A DNA stretch of 47,738 nt from a candidate division WOR-3 bacterium (lineage in GTDB: Bacteria; Hydrothermota; Hydrothermia; UBA1063): assembly GCA_039803305.1 (NCBI GenBank), contig JBDRYG010000002.1, positions 1-47,738 on the forward strand, read 5' to 3'. Below the pieces are notes generated by a model, which searched no databases, had not been told where the DNA came from, and was given only the letters and a program-made list of their open reading frames with translations. Both the position numbers and the translations under genes were made by a program. Shown here piece after piece: positions 1-9,540 of the stretch (its first letter is position 1; each line of letters opens with the position of its first letter).

Positions 1-1210
1 CTGATAGGAAAACACCTGCAGCTCCTCCCACTAATGCGGCTTTAAATTTTTTACCATCCCTTATGCCCCCACCGTAATTAAAGATGATTTCTCTTAATGT
101 TGTTCCCATTTCGACCTCGATAAGCCCTGGATAGACCACATGTCCAAGGATGGTGAATACCTTCGTTCCGGGACACTTCTCAGTCCCTAAAGACCTATAC
201 CAATCTGCGCCATTTCTTAAAATAGAAGGGACATTTGCCAAAGTTTCTACATTGTTAACCACAGTAGGTTTCATCCACAAACCATGGGTCACAGGGTAAG
301 GCGGCTTATAACGAGGCTGGCCTCTTTTACCTTCAAGGGATTCTATAAGAGCAGTCTCCTCTCCGCATACATACGCACCTGCACCCTTTTTAATCTCGAG
401 GTCGAACGAAAAATCGGTACCAAGAATATTTTTACCAAGTATATTGTATTTATAAGCATCCTCGATGGCCTTTTGCATCCGCTGTATGGAAAGCTGATAC
501 TCCCCGCGAACATAAATGTATCCCTTCTGGGCACCTACTGCATAACCAGCAATTAACATTCCCTCAATAAGTTTATGAGGATCTCCTTCCATTATTAATC
601 TGTCTTTAAATGTCCCAGGTTCACCTTCATCTGCATTACATATTACAAACTTCTGATCCCCTTCAGCCTTTCTTGTAAACTCCCACTTCAAACCCGTTGG
701 AAAGCCGGCACCACCACGACCTCTAAGTCCAGACTTCTTAATTTCCTCAATAACATCCTCTGGTTTCATTGATGTAAGAACTTTCTCCAAAGCCTCATAA
801 CCATGAGCAGCAATATACTCCTCAATGTTTTCAGGATCGATAACACCGGCATTTTCCAGAACAACCCTTTTCTGCTGCCTGACAAGTCCTACCTTTTCCT
901 TCTTCACCATTCTTGCGGGGACTTCACCAAGAAGTAGCTCCTTAACGGCCCTTCCTTTTATAAAGTGCTCCTCTACAATTCTTGGAATATCAGCTATCTT
1001 TAGATTTGCATAAATTATCCCTTCTGGGTAAACTACCATCAAAATTCCTTTCCCAGTGACGCCAATTGAACCTGTTTCGAGAACCTTTATTTCATTCTCA
1101 AGTCCCCTCTTCTTTATCTCTTCCAACAAAGCCTTTTGAAACTCTTTAACGCCAGAAAGTAAAGTGTCAGGGTCAAAGGGAATTAAAACATGCATTCTGG
1201 CTATACTCAT
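1..1210 (-). CDS. NuoF-like NADH/FMN-binding flavoprotein subunit (HydB/HndC type), second paralog; 3' end runs off the window
   Basis: Absent from the ORF track because it is open at the window edge. Reverse-strand translation from ATG 1210-1208 gives MSIARMHVLIPF...[16 protein letters not shown]...CNADEGEPGTFKDR...[25 protein letters not shown], which are NuoF/51-kDa motifs. Clear paralog of 1681-3345. ATGA start/stop overlap with 1207-1668. Confidence 0.85.
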   Translation of the reverse strand, partial: MSIARMHVLIPFDPDTLLSGVKEFQKALLEEIKKRGLENEIKVLETGSIGVTGKGILMVVYPEGIIYANLKIADIPRIVEEHFIKGRAVKELLLGEVPARMVKKEKVGLVRQQKRVVLENAGVIDPENIEEYIAAHGYEALEKVLTSMKPEDVIEEIKKSGLRGRGGAGFPTGLKWEFTRKAEGDQKFVICNADEGEPGTFKDRLIMEGDPHKLIEGMLIAGYAVGAQKGYIYVRGEYQLSIQRMQKAIEDAYKYNILGKNILGTDFSFDLEIKKGAGAYVCGEETALIESLEGKRGQPRYKPPYPVTHGLWMKPTVVNNVETLANVPSILRNGADWYRSLGTEKCPGTKVFTILGHVVYPGLIEVEMGTTLREIIFNYGGGIRDGKKFKAALVGGAAGVFLS

Positions 1211-1668
1211 TTCCCTTCCCTCCTCTTTTCTTCAATTATAGCTCTAACCTTTTCGGGAGTAAGGTTTCCGTAAACTTCCTCATTAATCATCATCGCAGGG
1301 GCTACACCACACACGCCTATGCATGATGTCAGTTCGAGAGTGAATAGGCCATCTTTAGTAGTTTCATCAATACCTACACCCAATACCTTGGCAAGTTCAA
1401 GAATTATGTCACTAGACCCCATAAGATGGCATGTTGGAGACTCACATACGCGAATTATATACTTACCCCGGGGCTTGAGGCTGAACATTGAGTAAAATGT
1501 AGCTACTCCGTGAACATAACTGTAAGGAAGACCAAGCCATTTTGCGACTGCTCTCAGATCCTCTTCAGTTAGATAATGTTGAGGATTATTATCCTGAATA
1601 TCATGGAGTATATAAAGGAGATTATCCCTTGATTTACCGTATTTTTCTAAAATCTCTTCCCTTGTCAT
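1207..1668 (-). CDS. NuoE-like thioredoxin-fold [2Fe-2S] subunit (HydC type), second copy
   Basis: 153 aa. Shows the NuoE/24-kDa Cys pattern CESPTCH...CIGVCGVAPAMMIN. Tightly packed between two NuoF-like genes. Confidence 0.88.
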   Translation of the reverse strand: MTREEILEKYGKSRDNLLYILHDIQDNNPQHYLTEEDLRAVAKWLGLPYSYVHGVATFYSMFSLKPRGKYIIRVCESPTCHLMGSSDIILELAKVLGVGIDETTKDGLFTLELTSCIGVCGVAPAMMINEEVYGNLTPEKVRAIIEEKRREGK

Positions 1669-1680
1669 ACTCCCTCCAGA

Positions 1681-3345
1681 CTAAATAATTCCTTTCAACT
1701 TTTCCTCAAAGCTGGTAACCTTTTCCTCACTTACTAAGTTGCAAACCCCAGCACGACACTTCTTATCTCTTATATGCTCAATATATTCATCTCTGAAATA
1801 CTTAAGAGTCGAAAGAACAGGATTAGGTGCTGACTGACCTAATCCACACAGGGAAGTTCTCCTAATTTCCTCTCCTAATTTTTCAAGTGTTTCAAGATCT
1901 TCCATCCTGCCTTCACCTTTAGTGATCCTGTCCAAAATATCGTAAAGGTGCTTTAAACCTATTCTACAAGGAACACACTGTCCACAGGATTCATCGACAG
2001 TAAAATCTAAGAAAAACTTAGCAAGATTTACCATACAGGTATCTTCATCAAGAACAATAACACCTCCAGAACCCATGATGGTGCCGAGCTTCTTTAAGGA
2101 TTCATAATCAATTGGAGTATCAATATAATCCGCTGGGACACATCCTCCAGAAGGTCCACCAACCTGAACTGCTTTGAATTTCTTACCCTCAGGGATACCC
2201 CCTCCAATATCAAATACCAGTTCTCTAATCGTTATACCCATGGGGACTTCCACAAGCCCTGTATTCAATACCTTCCCCGATAGGGCAAAGACTTTTGTAC
2301 CCTTACTATTCTCTGTACCTATACTGGCGAACCACTTTGCCCCATTAAGAATGATATGGCGAACATTTGCGAAGGTTTCCACATTATTGATTAGAGTAGG
2401 TTTTCCCCATAGCCCTTTCTGAGCAGGGAACGGGGGTTTGGGTCTTGGCTGACCGCGCTTACCCTCAATGGATGCAAGTAAAGCAGTCTCTTCACCACAA
2501 ACGAAGGCACCCGCGCCGATTCTAATCTCGAGATCAAATTCAAAACCAGTTTCAAAAATATTCTTGCCGAGAAGACCATATTTTCTTGCCTGTTGTATTG
2601 CCTTTTCAAGCCTTTTTACAGCCAATGGATACTCTGCTCTAACATAAACATATCCCTGCTTAGCGCCCACTGCATAGGCAGCTATAGCCATGCCTTCAAT
2701 AACAGAGTGTGGGTCACCCTCAAGGATAGCTCTATCCATAAAAGCACCAGGGTCTCCCTCATCACCATTACAAACTACGTACTTCTCCTCACCAGGAGAT
2801 TCCTTTGTAGCTTTCCATTTAAGACCGGTAGGAAAGCCAGCGCCACCACGTCCTCTCAAACCGGATGCGATCATCTCCTCTATTACCTGCTCGGGTGTCA
2901 TCTGTGTCAGAACCTTTGCTAGAGCCTCATAGCCACCAACAGCTATGTACTCTTCAATATTTTCAGGGTCTATTTTACCGCAATTTGATAGCACAATCTT
3001 AAGCTGCTTCTCAAAAAATGGAACCTGTCTTTTTTCTTCTACTATTTTCCTGGCCTCAGGAGTAGTCCATTGAAGCCTCTTAACAGGACGCCCTTTGATG
3101 AAGTGCTCCTTTACTATCTCCTCTACATCGGCTTCCTTAAGTCTTATGTAGAATACACCGTCTGGATAAACGAGCATCACGGGTCCCAACTCGCATGGAC
3201 CCATACAACCCGTTTCCACGACGGCAACTTCGTCTTCTATGCCAGCATCCTTAATTGCCGCCAAAAGCTTGTTCTTTATTGTGGTACTATCATTGGATAT
3301 ACAGGCGGCACCAGAACACACCAGTACATCAAGTCTTTTTGGCAT
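1681..3345 (-). CDS. NuoF-like NADH/FMN-binding flavoprotein subunit (HydB type), first copy
   Basis: 554 aa. N-terminal Trx-like [2Fe-2S] domain (VCSGAAC...GCMGPC), [27 protein letters not shown], and N3 cluster CGQCVPCR...CGLG. Ends soon after, with no C-terminal 2x[4Fe-4S] CxxCxxCxxxCP motifs. Confidence 0.9.
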   Translation of the reverse strand: MPKRLDVLVCSGAACISNDSTTIKNKLLAAIKDAGIEDEVAVVETGCMGPCELGPVMLVYPDGVFYIRLKEADVEEIVKEHFIKGRPVKRLQWTTPEARKIVEEKRQVPFFEKQLKIVLSNCGKIDPENIEEYIAVGGYEALAKVLTQMTPEQVIEEMIASGLRGRGGAGFPTGLKWKATKESPGEEKYVVCNGDEGDPGAFMDRAILEGDPHSVIEGMAIAAYAVGAKQGYVYVRAEYPLAVKRLEKAIQQARKYGLLGKNIFETGFEFDLEIRIGAGAFVCGEETALLASIEGKRGQPRPKPPFPAQKGLWGKPTLINNVETFANVRHIILNGAKWFASIGTENSKGTKVFALSGKVLNTGLVEVPMGITIRELVFDIGGGIPEGKKFKAVQVGGPSGGCVPADYIDTPIDYESLKKLGTIMGSGGVIVLDEDTCMVNLAKFFLDFTVDESCGQCVPCRIGLKHLYDILDRITKGEGRMEDLETLEKLGEEIRRTSLCGLGQSAPNPVLSTLKYFRDEYIEHIRDKKCRAGVCNLVSEEKVTSFEEKLKGII

Positions 3346-3711
3346 TTATTCCTCCCTTACCTCAAGTACAAATTCAGTCACAGGGTTACCATTTACTACA
3401 TGTTCAGCTACAATCCTGCGCGCAGCATCAGGAGTCAGATTTCCATAAACCACGACAGGTTTCCCTTCTTCCCGGACCTCTGCCACTGGCTCATGAGATG
3501 AAAGGCCTTTCTCCCCACTCTGTGTAACGATCACATCCTGAAGATTTCTTTTCTCAATTTCATCAAGGAAAGCCTTCAAAACTTCCCTTGCACCAGCAGC
3601 AATACCGCTGGTTCCCATGCCTACAACTATTTTAATTCTGGCTTTCCCCTCTCTCAATTTCATATCTTTTTCTGCTTTTTCCCTTATTTTTCTTAGATCT
3701 TCAAGCTTCAT
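3346..3711 (-). CDS. Thioredoxin-like ferredoxin-fold protein (HydD-like) lacking all cysteines
   Basis: 121 aa. The pattern IVVGMGTSGIAAGA...YGNLTPDAARRIV matches Trx-like [2Fe-2S] ferredoxins, but the protein has no Cys at all. Stop is adjacent to the start of the next gene. Confidence 0.7.
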   Translation of the reverse strand: MKLEDLRKIREKAEKDMKLREGKARIKIVVGMGTSGIAAGAREVLKAFLDEIEKRNLQDVIVTQSGEKGLSSHEPVAEVREEGKPVVVYGNLTPDAARRIVAEHVVNGNPVTEFVLEVREE

Positions 3712-4259
3712 GATGCAACCTCCATTATTTTCAAATTTTCATCCAGAAATTCTTTTAAAAATCTTATCACTTCAGGGTGATTTAAGGGCACATCCTGAAG
3801 CTCTCTCTTCAAATCCCTGGTATCCAGGGTAAAAAAGCTCCCATCAACCTTAATTTCAAAAATGAAATCCACCTTCGATTCTGCAATTATTAGAGTAAGA
3901 ATCGTATCTTTTAAATTTCCAAGAGGGGGCAGATCTATATGGGATCTCTTGAAGGTAGCACGGACCAAAGTCCCCTGCCCCCTTTGACTTTTAATTTCAA
4001 AAGAACCATCACAATGTTGAGCAGTTTGTTTAAAAAGCGGAATACCAAGTCCAACCTTTTTGTATGACTTGGTAGTGTAAAATGGATCTTGAACTTTTTC
4101 AATAGTTTCTGGGTCCATGCCCCTGCCATTGTCTTCTACTTCTATTAGCAGAAAGTCCTTTTCTTTATCTTCTTCAACCCTTACTCTTATTAAACTCGCG
4201 CCTGCACTTATAGAGTTCTGAACAATATCGAGAATATGCATGGAAAGCTCAGCCAGCAC
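3708..4259 (-). CDS. Stand-alone GHKL/HATPase_c ATP-binding protein (histidine-kinase-like, no sensor or DHp domain)
   Basis: 183 aa. N box HILDIVQNSISAG, G1 DNGRGM, G2 GLGIP. No phosphoacceptor His region and no TM segments. Confidence 0.8.
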   Translation of the reverse strand: MLAELSMHILDIVQNSISAGASLIRVRVEEDKEKDFLLIEVEDNGRGMDPETIEKVQDPFYTTKSYKKVGLGIPLFKQTAQHCDGSFEIKSQRGQGTLVRATFKRSHIDLPPLGNLKDTILTLIIAESKVDFIFEIKVDGSFFTLDTRDLKRELQDVPLNHPEVIRFLKEFLDENLKIMEVAS

Positions 4260-4264
4260 TTCCT

Positions 4265-4783
4265 TTAACCTTCCTTTACTCCGCTTTCCTCTTTTTCCTT
4301 TTGAGCTCTATATTCTCTAAGGACTTCCTTTACTTTTTCAGGAGTCAGTTTACCAAATACATCTTCATTGATCATAATTACAGGGGCAAGGCCACAAGCA
4401 CCGAAGCATCGAGCAGTGGATAAAGTGAAGAATTTATCAGGAGTGGTCTCCCCGACTTTAATCCCTAATTCCTCGGAGATAGCTTTAACAATATTCTCTG
4501 CGCCTCTCACATGGCAAGCAGTACCCATACAAACATTAATAACATGCTTGGCCACGGGTTCGGTGCGGAAGAAATTATAAAATGTTACTACCCCATAAAC
4601 CTGGGCTAATGGTATATCAAGTTCTTTTGCAATAAAATACTGAACCTCCTGGGGTAAGTATCCAAAAATCTCCTGTGCCCTGTGAAGTACCTGGATTAGC
4701 GGTCCAGGTTTCCTCTTATACCTTGCAATCTCCCTTTTTAACATTTGGTACTGTGGATTGTCAGCAGGTATGTGCAATTTCAT
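4265..4783 (-). CDS. NuoE-like thioredoxin-fold [2Fe-2S] subunit (HydC type), first copy
   Basis: 172 aa. Cys pattern VCMGTACH...CFGACGLAPVIMIN. Confidence 0.88.
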   Translation of the reverse strand: MKLHIPADNPQYQMLKREIARYKRKPGPLIQVLHRAQEIFGYLPQEVQYFIAKELDIPLAQVYGVVTFYNFFRTEPVAKHVINVCMGTACHVRGAENIVKAISEELGIKVGETTPDKFFTLSTARCFGACGLAPVIMINEDVFGKLTPEKVKEVLREYRAQKEKEESGVKEG

Positions 4784-5544
4784 ACAATCCTCCCATGTTT
4801 TCCAAATACCATATAATCCCTACCCTCAGACTTTGTGAGGGCCTTTTTAATTTCCTCAATACTTGGACTTTCCATAAAAAACACAGTATACCCTCTACCA
4901 ATATCAGCAAGGTAGTGGGAATCTGATGAAGTAATAATGGGAAACTTTTGAGGCAAATTCAAAGCCTCAAGCTCTTCGGGTCTTAAATCATATGTGATTT
5001 CCAGTGCATCAACGCTAACTTCTTGAGGAACAAACCCAAGCTGAGAGACTATACTGAAATGACTGGCATTAACATGGGAAAGAACTGATAATCCCCCATA
5101 AGACTTTATTAAACTGACAACCTCATCAATTGTGAAATCGACTGAATTAATGAGAAGTTTTTCCTCAAATCTTACAATTTCATCGTTTTCATCTACAACC
5201 ACCTGATCGCCAAAAAATTCAGGATTGTTAGGAATATCAGGGAGATGTTCATGTATAACCTTTCCAAAATTTTCTAACGATTCAAAAGTGTCAAAGAAAG
5301 CAAGAACATGAACTTCTTCACTGGTCTGGACTTCCATTCCGTAAAGTACTTGAATCCCATATTTATTGGCAATTTTTCCAGTATAAAAAGCATTTTCATA
5401 TGAATTATGATCAGTAACGGCTATTAAATTAAGCTCCTTTTTCAAGGCACTCTCTACAATAGCTTTTGGCGACATCTCCAGGCTCCCGCAAGGTGAGAGA
5501 GCCGAATGGATATGTAAATCCGCCATAAATTTATTTAACTTCAC
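4780..5544 (-). CDS. PHP-domain metal-dependent phosphoesterase
   Basis: 254 aa. N-terminal DLHIHSALSPCG, followed by DHNSYEN, SHVNASH and SSDSHY His/Asp clusters typical of the PHP fold. Confidence 0.8.
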   Translation of the reverse strand: MKLNKFMADLHIHSALSPCGSLEMSPKAIVESALKKELNLIAVTDHNSYENAFYTGKIANKYGIQVLYGMEVQTSEEVHVLAFFDTFESLENFGKVIHEHLPDIPNNPEFFGDQVVVDENDEIVRFEEKLLINSVDFTIDEVVSLIKSYGGLSVLSHVNASHFSIVSQLGFVPQEVSVDALEITYDLRPEELEALNLPQKFPIITSSDSHYLADIGRGYTVFFMESPSIEEIKKALTKSEGRDYMVFGKHGRIV

Positions 5545-5884
5545 CGTATTTTAAAAGGTTGTACAGCTTCCCTGCAATTTCAAAGGTAGAAAGATCGGTT
5601 CCCAGAAGAACCACACCCTCCTCCTGGGCCTTTTCGATGGTATTATCATCTGGACTAAGCCCTTTTGCAATGAGCACTGCACTTACATCCTTAAGCTTTG
5701 CAACAGCAAGGATGTTGAGATGTCTCTGAATCGTTATCCAGATATCTCCTTTTGATACGCCGGCGATAACATCAGAAAGCAGGTCAGAGATATAGCCACC
5801 GTTTACTTCAATCTTACTTAAATCATATCCTCCGGTGGCGAATATTTTTAAATTCAAATATTCTACAACTTCATTTAACTTCAT
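5531..5884 (-). CDS. DRTGG-domain-like small protein
   Basis: The ORF track extends it to 5950. I prefer ATG 5884 (MKLNEVVEYL...), which overlaps the upstream stop within ATGAAGTTAAATGA. Paralog of 6362-6754 (shared LLSDV...I...LN...A...IA.G layout). Confidence 0.6.
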   Translation of the reverse strand: MKLNEVVEYLNLKIFATGGYDLSKIEVNGGYISDLLSDVIAGVSKGDIWITIQRHLNILAVAKLKDVSAVLIAKGLSPDDNTIEKAQEEGVVLLGTDLSTFEIAGKLYNLLKYGEVK

Positions 5885-6317
5885 CTTTCTTTCTCCTGTA
5901 GACTGTGGCATGTATTTTTGTTCCAACACCAACTTTTGAGTCAACCTCAAATATATCCGAGTTTAGCTTCATATTTGGGAATCCCATACCAGCACCAAAC
6001 CCGTAATCCTGAGCCCAAGGGGGCGCTGTGGAGTAACCTGGTTGCATAGCTAGCTCCAAATTCTCAATACCAGGCCCATCATCTTCAGCAAAGATTTCAA
6101 CCTTTTCTGAATCAAACTCCACCTTTAGTTTACCCCCAACAGAATAAAGAATCATGTTCATTTCTGCTTCAAAGCAAATAATACCTACCCTTCTTACTAC
6201 ATCCTCTTCAATACCGCTTCGCTGCAACTCTACTTTAACCTGTGAAGATGCAGATCCTGCACTCGCAAGGTCCATGGGTTTTACACGATATACAAGCCTC
6301 GTTTTTTGCTCGTCCAT
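5871..6317 (-). CDS. RsbW/SpoIIAB-like compact HATPase (anti-sigma-factor-type Ser/Thr kinase fold)
   Basis: 148 aa. EDDGPGI (G1) and GFGAGMGF (G2), single-domain size typical of anti-sigma regulatory kinases. Confidence 0.7.
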   Translation of the reverse strand: MDEQKTRLVYRVKPMDLASAGSASSQVKVELQRSGIEEDVVRRVGIICFEAEMNMILYSVGGKLKVEFDSEKVEIFAEDDGPGIENLELAMQPGYSTAPPWAQDYGFGAGMGFPNMKLNSDIFEVDSKVGVGTKIHATVYRRKKDEVK

Positions 6318-6361
6318 TTTCCATTTTCACTTGTAATTATTTAAAAGCAAATCCTACAACA

Positions 6362-6754
6362 TCAAACAGAGTACGGCTCTTCACACTGATAGCCACCTGG
6401 AAAAATTTTGATTTTACAGGGTTTCATCCCATTCGAGTATAAAATACCACAAGTCTCAAACACAGTTTTGTTGGTCAAAATCACAGGTATACCAGCGGCT
6501 TTTGCAGCATCAATAAGCGCATGAGAAGGCTGTTTGCCTCGCGCAATTATTATCAAAGGTATATTAAGAACCTCAGCAACTCTTACTACCTGAGGACCTG
6601 TGATCCCTGTTATTAAACAGGGCCTGTCGTCAAGAAGGGCAAGAACATCGGATAGAAGGTCAGCTGCAAAACCCTTTTCTACCTCTTCATCTAACTTTTC
6701 GTAGCCAGCTATTAACTTACCCTCAATTTTCTCAACTATATCCTTTATTTTCAT
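6362..6754 (-). CDS. DRTGG-domain-like small protein (first gene of operon)
   Basis: 130 aa. DLLSDVLAL...CLITGITGPQVVRVAEVLNIPLIIIARG. Paralogous to 5531-5884. Confidence 0.6.
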   Translation of the reverse strand: MKIKDIVEKIEGKLIAGYEKLDEEVEKGFAADLLSDVLALLDDRPCLITGITGPQVVRVAEVLNIPLIIIARGKQPSHALIDAAKAAGIPVILTNKTVFETCGILYSNGMKPCKIKIFPGGYQCEEPYSV

Positions 6755-6765
6755 TGTTGTTGCTA

Positions 6766-6794
6766 AATTTTACAATTCCAGTTAAATACCTTCA
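6766..6794 (-). promoter_or_regulatory. Sigma70-like promoter for the 6754-to-1 operon
   Basis: On the minus strand: TTGAAG-N17-TAAAAT, with only 11 nt between the -10 box and ATG 6754 and no Shine-Dalgarno sequence. Confidence 0.45.
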
Positions 6795-6814
6795 ACATAC
6801 AAATTTAATAGGAT

Positions 6815-6842
6815 TTGAAGTCTTCAAAGTTGAGTTTATAAT
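6815..6842 (+). promoter_or_regulatory. Sigma70-like promoter for mgtE
   Basis: TTGAAG-N16-TATAAT (TATAAT at 6837-6842), 26 nt upstream of the TTG start. Confidence 0.4.
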
Positions 6843-6868
6843 AAGATTGAAAGCAGGGATGGAAGAAT

Positions 6869-8242
6869 TTGGAGAGAAGCGAGTTTATAGATTTTATACT
6901 ACCGGATGTTATAGAATTCATAGAACAAAAAAACTGGTTTGAGTTAAAAACTGCAATTTCTCAATGGCCACCACAAGATCTTGCATACCTCGTACAATCT
7001 TTGAGTGATGAACACAAGGTAATAATCTTTAGACTCCTCCCCAAGGACACTCAGGTTGAGGTTTTCAGTGAACTCGACTTTGAGGTCCAGGAAAAGCTTC
7101 TAAAAAATCTTGGGATGGAAGAGGTCAGGAACGTTATCGAAGAGCTTGAGCCTGACGATAGAGCCAGCCTCTTCGAGGAGTTACCAGGCCAGCTTGTACA
7201 AAAACTTCTCTCGTTACTTTCTGACGAAGAGCGAAAATACACATTAAAACTCCTTGGATACCCTGAAAATACAGTTGGAAGGCTGATGACCCCCTATTTC
7301 GTAGCAGTAAGGTCCCACTGGACATGCAAAGAAGCAATAGACCATATTAGGAAATATGGAAGGGATGCTGAAACTATTGATATAATCTATGTGGTCGATG
7401 CATCATGGCACTTAATAGACGATATATATCTCAAGGATATAGTACTTGCTGAGAGTGACGAAAAAATAGAAGCATTGATGGATGCTCAGGTGGTCTATGT
7501 AAACGCTTTTACAGACCAGGAAGAAGCCGTAAAGATTATGAAAAAGTACAATCTGAACGTACTTCCAGTAGTCGATAATGATAAAATTCTGCTGGGAATA
7601 GTTACAATTGATGATATGATTGATGTAATGGATGAAGAGCAAACAGAAGACCTTGCGAAAATATCAGCCATTAGTCCCGAAGTTGTCGGTCCAGAATTTC
7701 TAACCCACCTTAAAGAGGTCCCAGTATCCAAAATCTACCAAAGTAGAATTACATGGCTTGTTGCCCTCCTGATAATGGACCTGGTAACGGGTGGGATTAT
7801 ACAAAGTTTTCAGGAGACTATTGCGAAGTATGTAGTTTTGGTAAGTTTCCTTCCAGTCCTTGTAGATACAGCGGGGAATGCAGGTTCTCAGGCTGCAACT
7901 CTTTTAATAAGGGCCTTAGCGCTCGGTACAGTGAAGCCTAAAGACTGGTTTTATCTTTTTGGCAAAGAAATTCTTGTGTCCGCCTTACTTGGTGGTACAA
8001 TGGCATTGGGAATTTCATTTATGGGATTTTTACGGGGTGGAGGGATTCACATCGCTAAAGTCGTAACAACTGCAATGTTTGTTAATGTTGTAGTGGGATC
8101 TCTTATAGGGCTTGCACTACCTTTTATTTTCGTCAAATTAAAAAAAGATCCTGCTTCTGCAAGTACACCTCTTATAACCACTCTTGCTGACATCATAGGT
8201 ACGGGTATTTATTTGGCTTTAGCTACTTTGATGTTAAAATAG
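6869..8242 (+). CDS. mgtE: Magnesium transporter MgtE
   Basis: 457 aa. MgtE N-domain, CBS pair, and C-terminal TM domain with DTAGNAGSQ and DPASASTPLITTLADIIG motifs. TTG start. Confidence 0.92.
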   Translation: MERSEFIDFILPDVIEFIEQKNWFELKTAISQWPPQDLAYLVQSLSDEHKVIIFRLLPKDTQVEVFSELDFEVQEKLLKNLGMEEVRNVIEELEPDDRASLFEELPGQLVQKLLSLLSDEERKYTLKLLGYPENTVGRLMTPYFVAVRSHWTCKEAIDHIRKYGRDAETIDIIYVVDASWHLIDDIYLKDIVLAESDEKIEALMDAQVVYVNAFTDQEEAVKIMKKYNLNVLPVVDNDKILLGIVTIDDMIDVMDEEQTEDLAKISAISPEVVGPEFLTHLKEVPVSKIYQSRITWLVALLIMDLVTGGIIQSFQETIAKYVVLVSFLPVLVDTAGNAGSQAATLLIRALALGTVKPKDWFYLFGKEILVSALLGGTMALGISFMGFLRGGGIHIAKVVTTAMFVNVVVGSLIGLALPFIFVKLKKDPASASTPLITTLADIIGTGIYLALATLMLK

Positions 8243-8261
8243 CTAAATTCCTTAATTTTCC

Positions 8262-8290
8262 TTTACTTTTCAAGCGATTCGAACTATAAT
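8262..8290 (+). promoter_or_regulatory. Sigma70-like promoter for the tig-clpP-clpX-lon-hflX cluster
   Basis: TTTACT-N17-TATAAT. GGAGG at 8314-8318 precedes ATG 8323. Confidence 0.45.
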
Positions 8291-8322
8291 TTAAATCTGC
8301 AAAACAAAAACTGGAGGTATTG

Positions 8323-9540
8323 ATGGGAAAACTTATTGGGAGTGTTAATCCGAAAGCGTTGAGGGAACTTACCATAAATGTTACCGGTGAAGAAATTAAA
8401 AGCCAGTTGGATAATGTTGCACGAGTCTATCAGAAAAAGGCAAGGATTCAGGGTTTTAGACCAGGAAAAGCCCCTCTTGATATTGTAAAAACTGTATTCC
8501 AGAAAGAGATTTTTGAAGACGCACAGGATGAAGCAGTAAGAATTAAGGTTCTTGAAGAAATAAAAGCAAAAAAAGAGGAAGTTGTTTCAGAGATTTACAT
8601 CAAAGAGAAGCGCGAGGAGAATGACGGTTTAACAGTTACCGTGGAATATGAAGCTATTCCTACTTTTCTGTTCCCTAACCTTTCATCAATAAAGGTTGAA
8701 AAGAAAATAAGAAGAGTTTCTGAGATTGATGTTGACGACGAAATAGAAAAGTACCAGAAGAAGCTCGGAAAACTTAAACCAGCAGACCGAGAAACGAAGG
8801 AAGGTGATTTTATCCTTGTTGATTATGAGGAAAAAGAAAATAGCAAAGTAGTCAAGAAAAAACAAAATCTCACACTCCATGTGTCATCCGAATCCATAAA
8901 TCCTGCTATTCTTGATAGGTTCCTTAACAAGAGAAAAGGGGACATAGTAGAACTTGATTTTCACGACGAAGAAAAAGATAAGGATATCAAACTAATCTAC
9001 AGGATAAAAGATGTACTTGAATTAGAACTTCCAGAAGCGAATGACGAATTTGCCAAAAAACTTGGGTTTGAAAGTCTTGAAAAAATGCGGGAAGAGATAA
9101 GAGAGTCCATCATTAAAGAAAACGAAAAAGTATCAGAGGATGAACTGGAATGGAAAATAATAGAGGAGATATATTCTCGAACCCAGTTCGAACTTCCTAG
9201 AACTCTTGTGGAGGAAAAAATCACAAGAATCGCTCAAAGCTTCAGATATGATCCTAACAATGAAGAGGTCCGCAATTCCCTCAGAAAACTTGCGGAAGAC
9301 CTTGTAAAGAAGGAAATAATCCTTAAAAATTTAATTGACCAGGAGGGCTTCGAGTTAACAGATGAAGAATTATCGAAACATATCCAGGAAAAGGCCAAAA
9401 CTTATCGGCTGGACCCTGAAAAATATAAAAAAGAACTGGAGAGAAGAGGGCTCCTGGACAATTTGAAGGATGAGATACTGAGGAATAAGGCCATGGAATT
9501 TCTTAAAAATTCAGTAAGAGTGGAGGTCATAATAGAATGA
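8323..9540 (+). CDS. tig: Trigger factor
   Basis: GFRPGKAP ribosome-binding signature and position directly upstream of clpP-clpX. The ORF track starts at TTG 8320; ATG 8323 is more likely. Confidence 0.9.
   Translation: MGKLIGSVNPKALRELTINVTGEEIKSQLDNVARVYQKKARIQGFRPGKAPLDIVKTVFQKEIFEDAQDEAVRIKVLEEIKAKKEEVVSEIYIKEKREENDGLTVTVEYEAIPTFLFPNLSSIKVEKKIRRVSEIDVDDEIEKYQKKLGKLKPADRETKEGDFILVDYEEKENSKVVKKKQNLTLHVSSESINPAILDRFLNKRKGDIVELDFHDEEKDKDIKLIYRIKDVLELELPEANDEFAKKLGFESLEKMREEIRESIIKENEKVSEDELEWKIIEEIYSRTQFELPRTLVEEKITRIAQSFRYDPNNEEVRNSLRKLAEDLVKKEIILKNLIDQEGFELTDEELSKHIQEKAKTYRLDPEKYKKELERRGLLDNLKDEILRNKAMEFLKNSVRVEVIIE

Noticed and set aside
284-1013. Plus-strand ORFs of 90 and 62 aa, and the minus-strand 63-aa ORF at 343-534
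   Set aside because: They are embedded in, or antisense to, the open-ended NuoF-like gene (1-1210, minus strand), which has clear family motifs.
2174-3527. Several plus-strand ORFs (69-143 aa) and the minus-strand 72-aa ORF at 2391-2609
   Set aside because: They overlap the well-supported NuoF-like and ferredoxin-fold genes and have low-complexity, unconvincing translations.
6755-6868. Possible M-box (Mg) riboswitch upstream of mgtE
   Set aside because: The intergenic region is only 114 nt and is occupied by two back-to-back promoters. That is too short for an M-box and it lacks the motifs.
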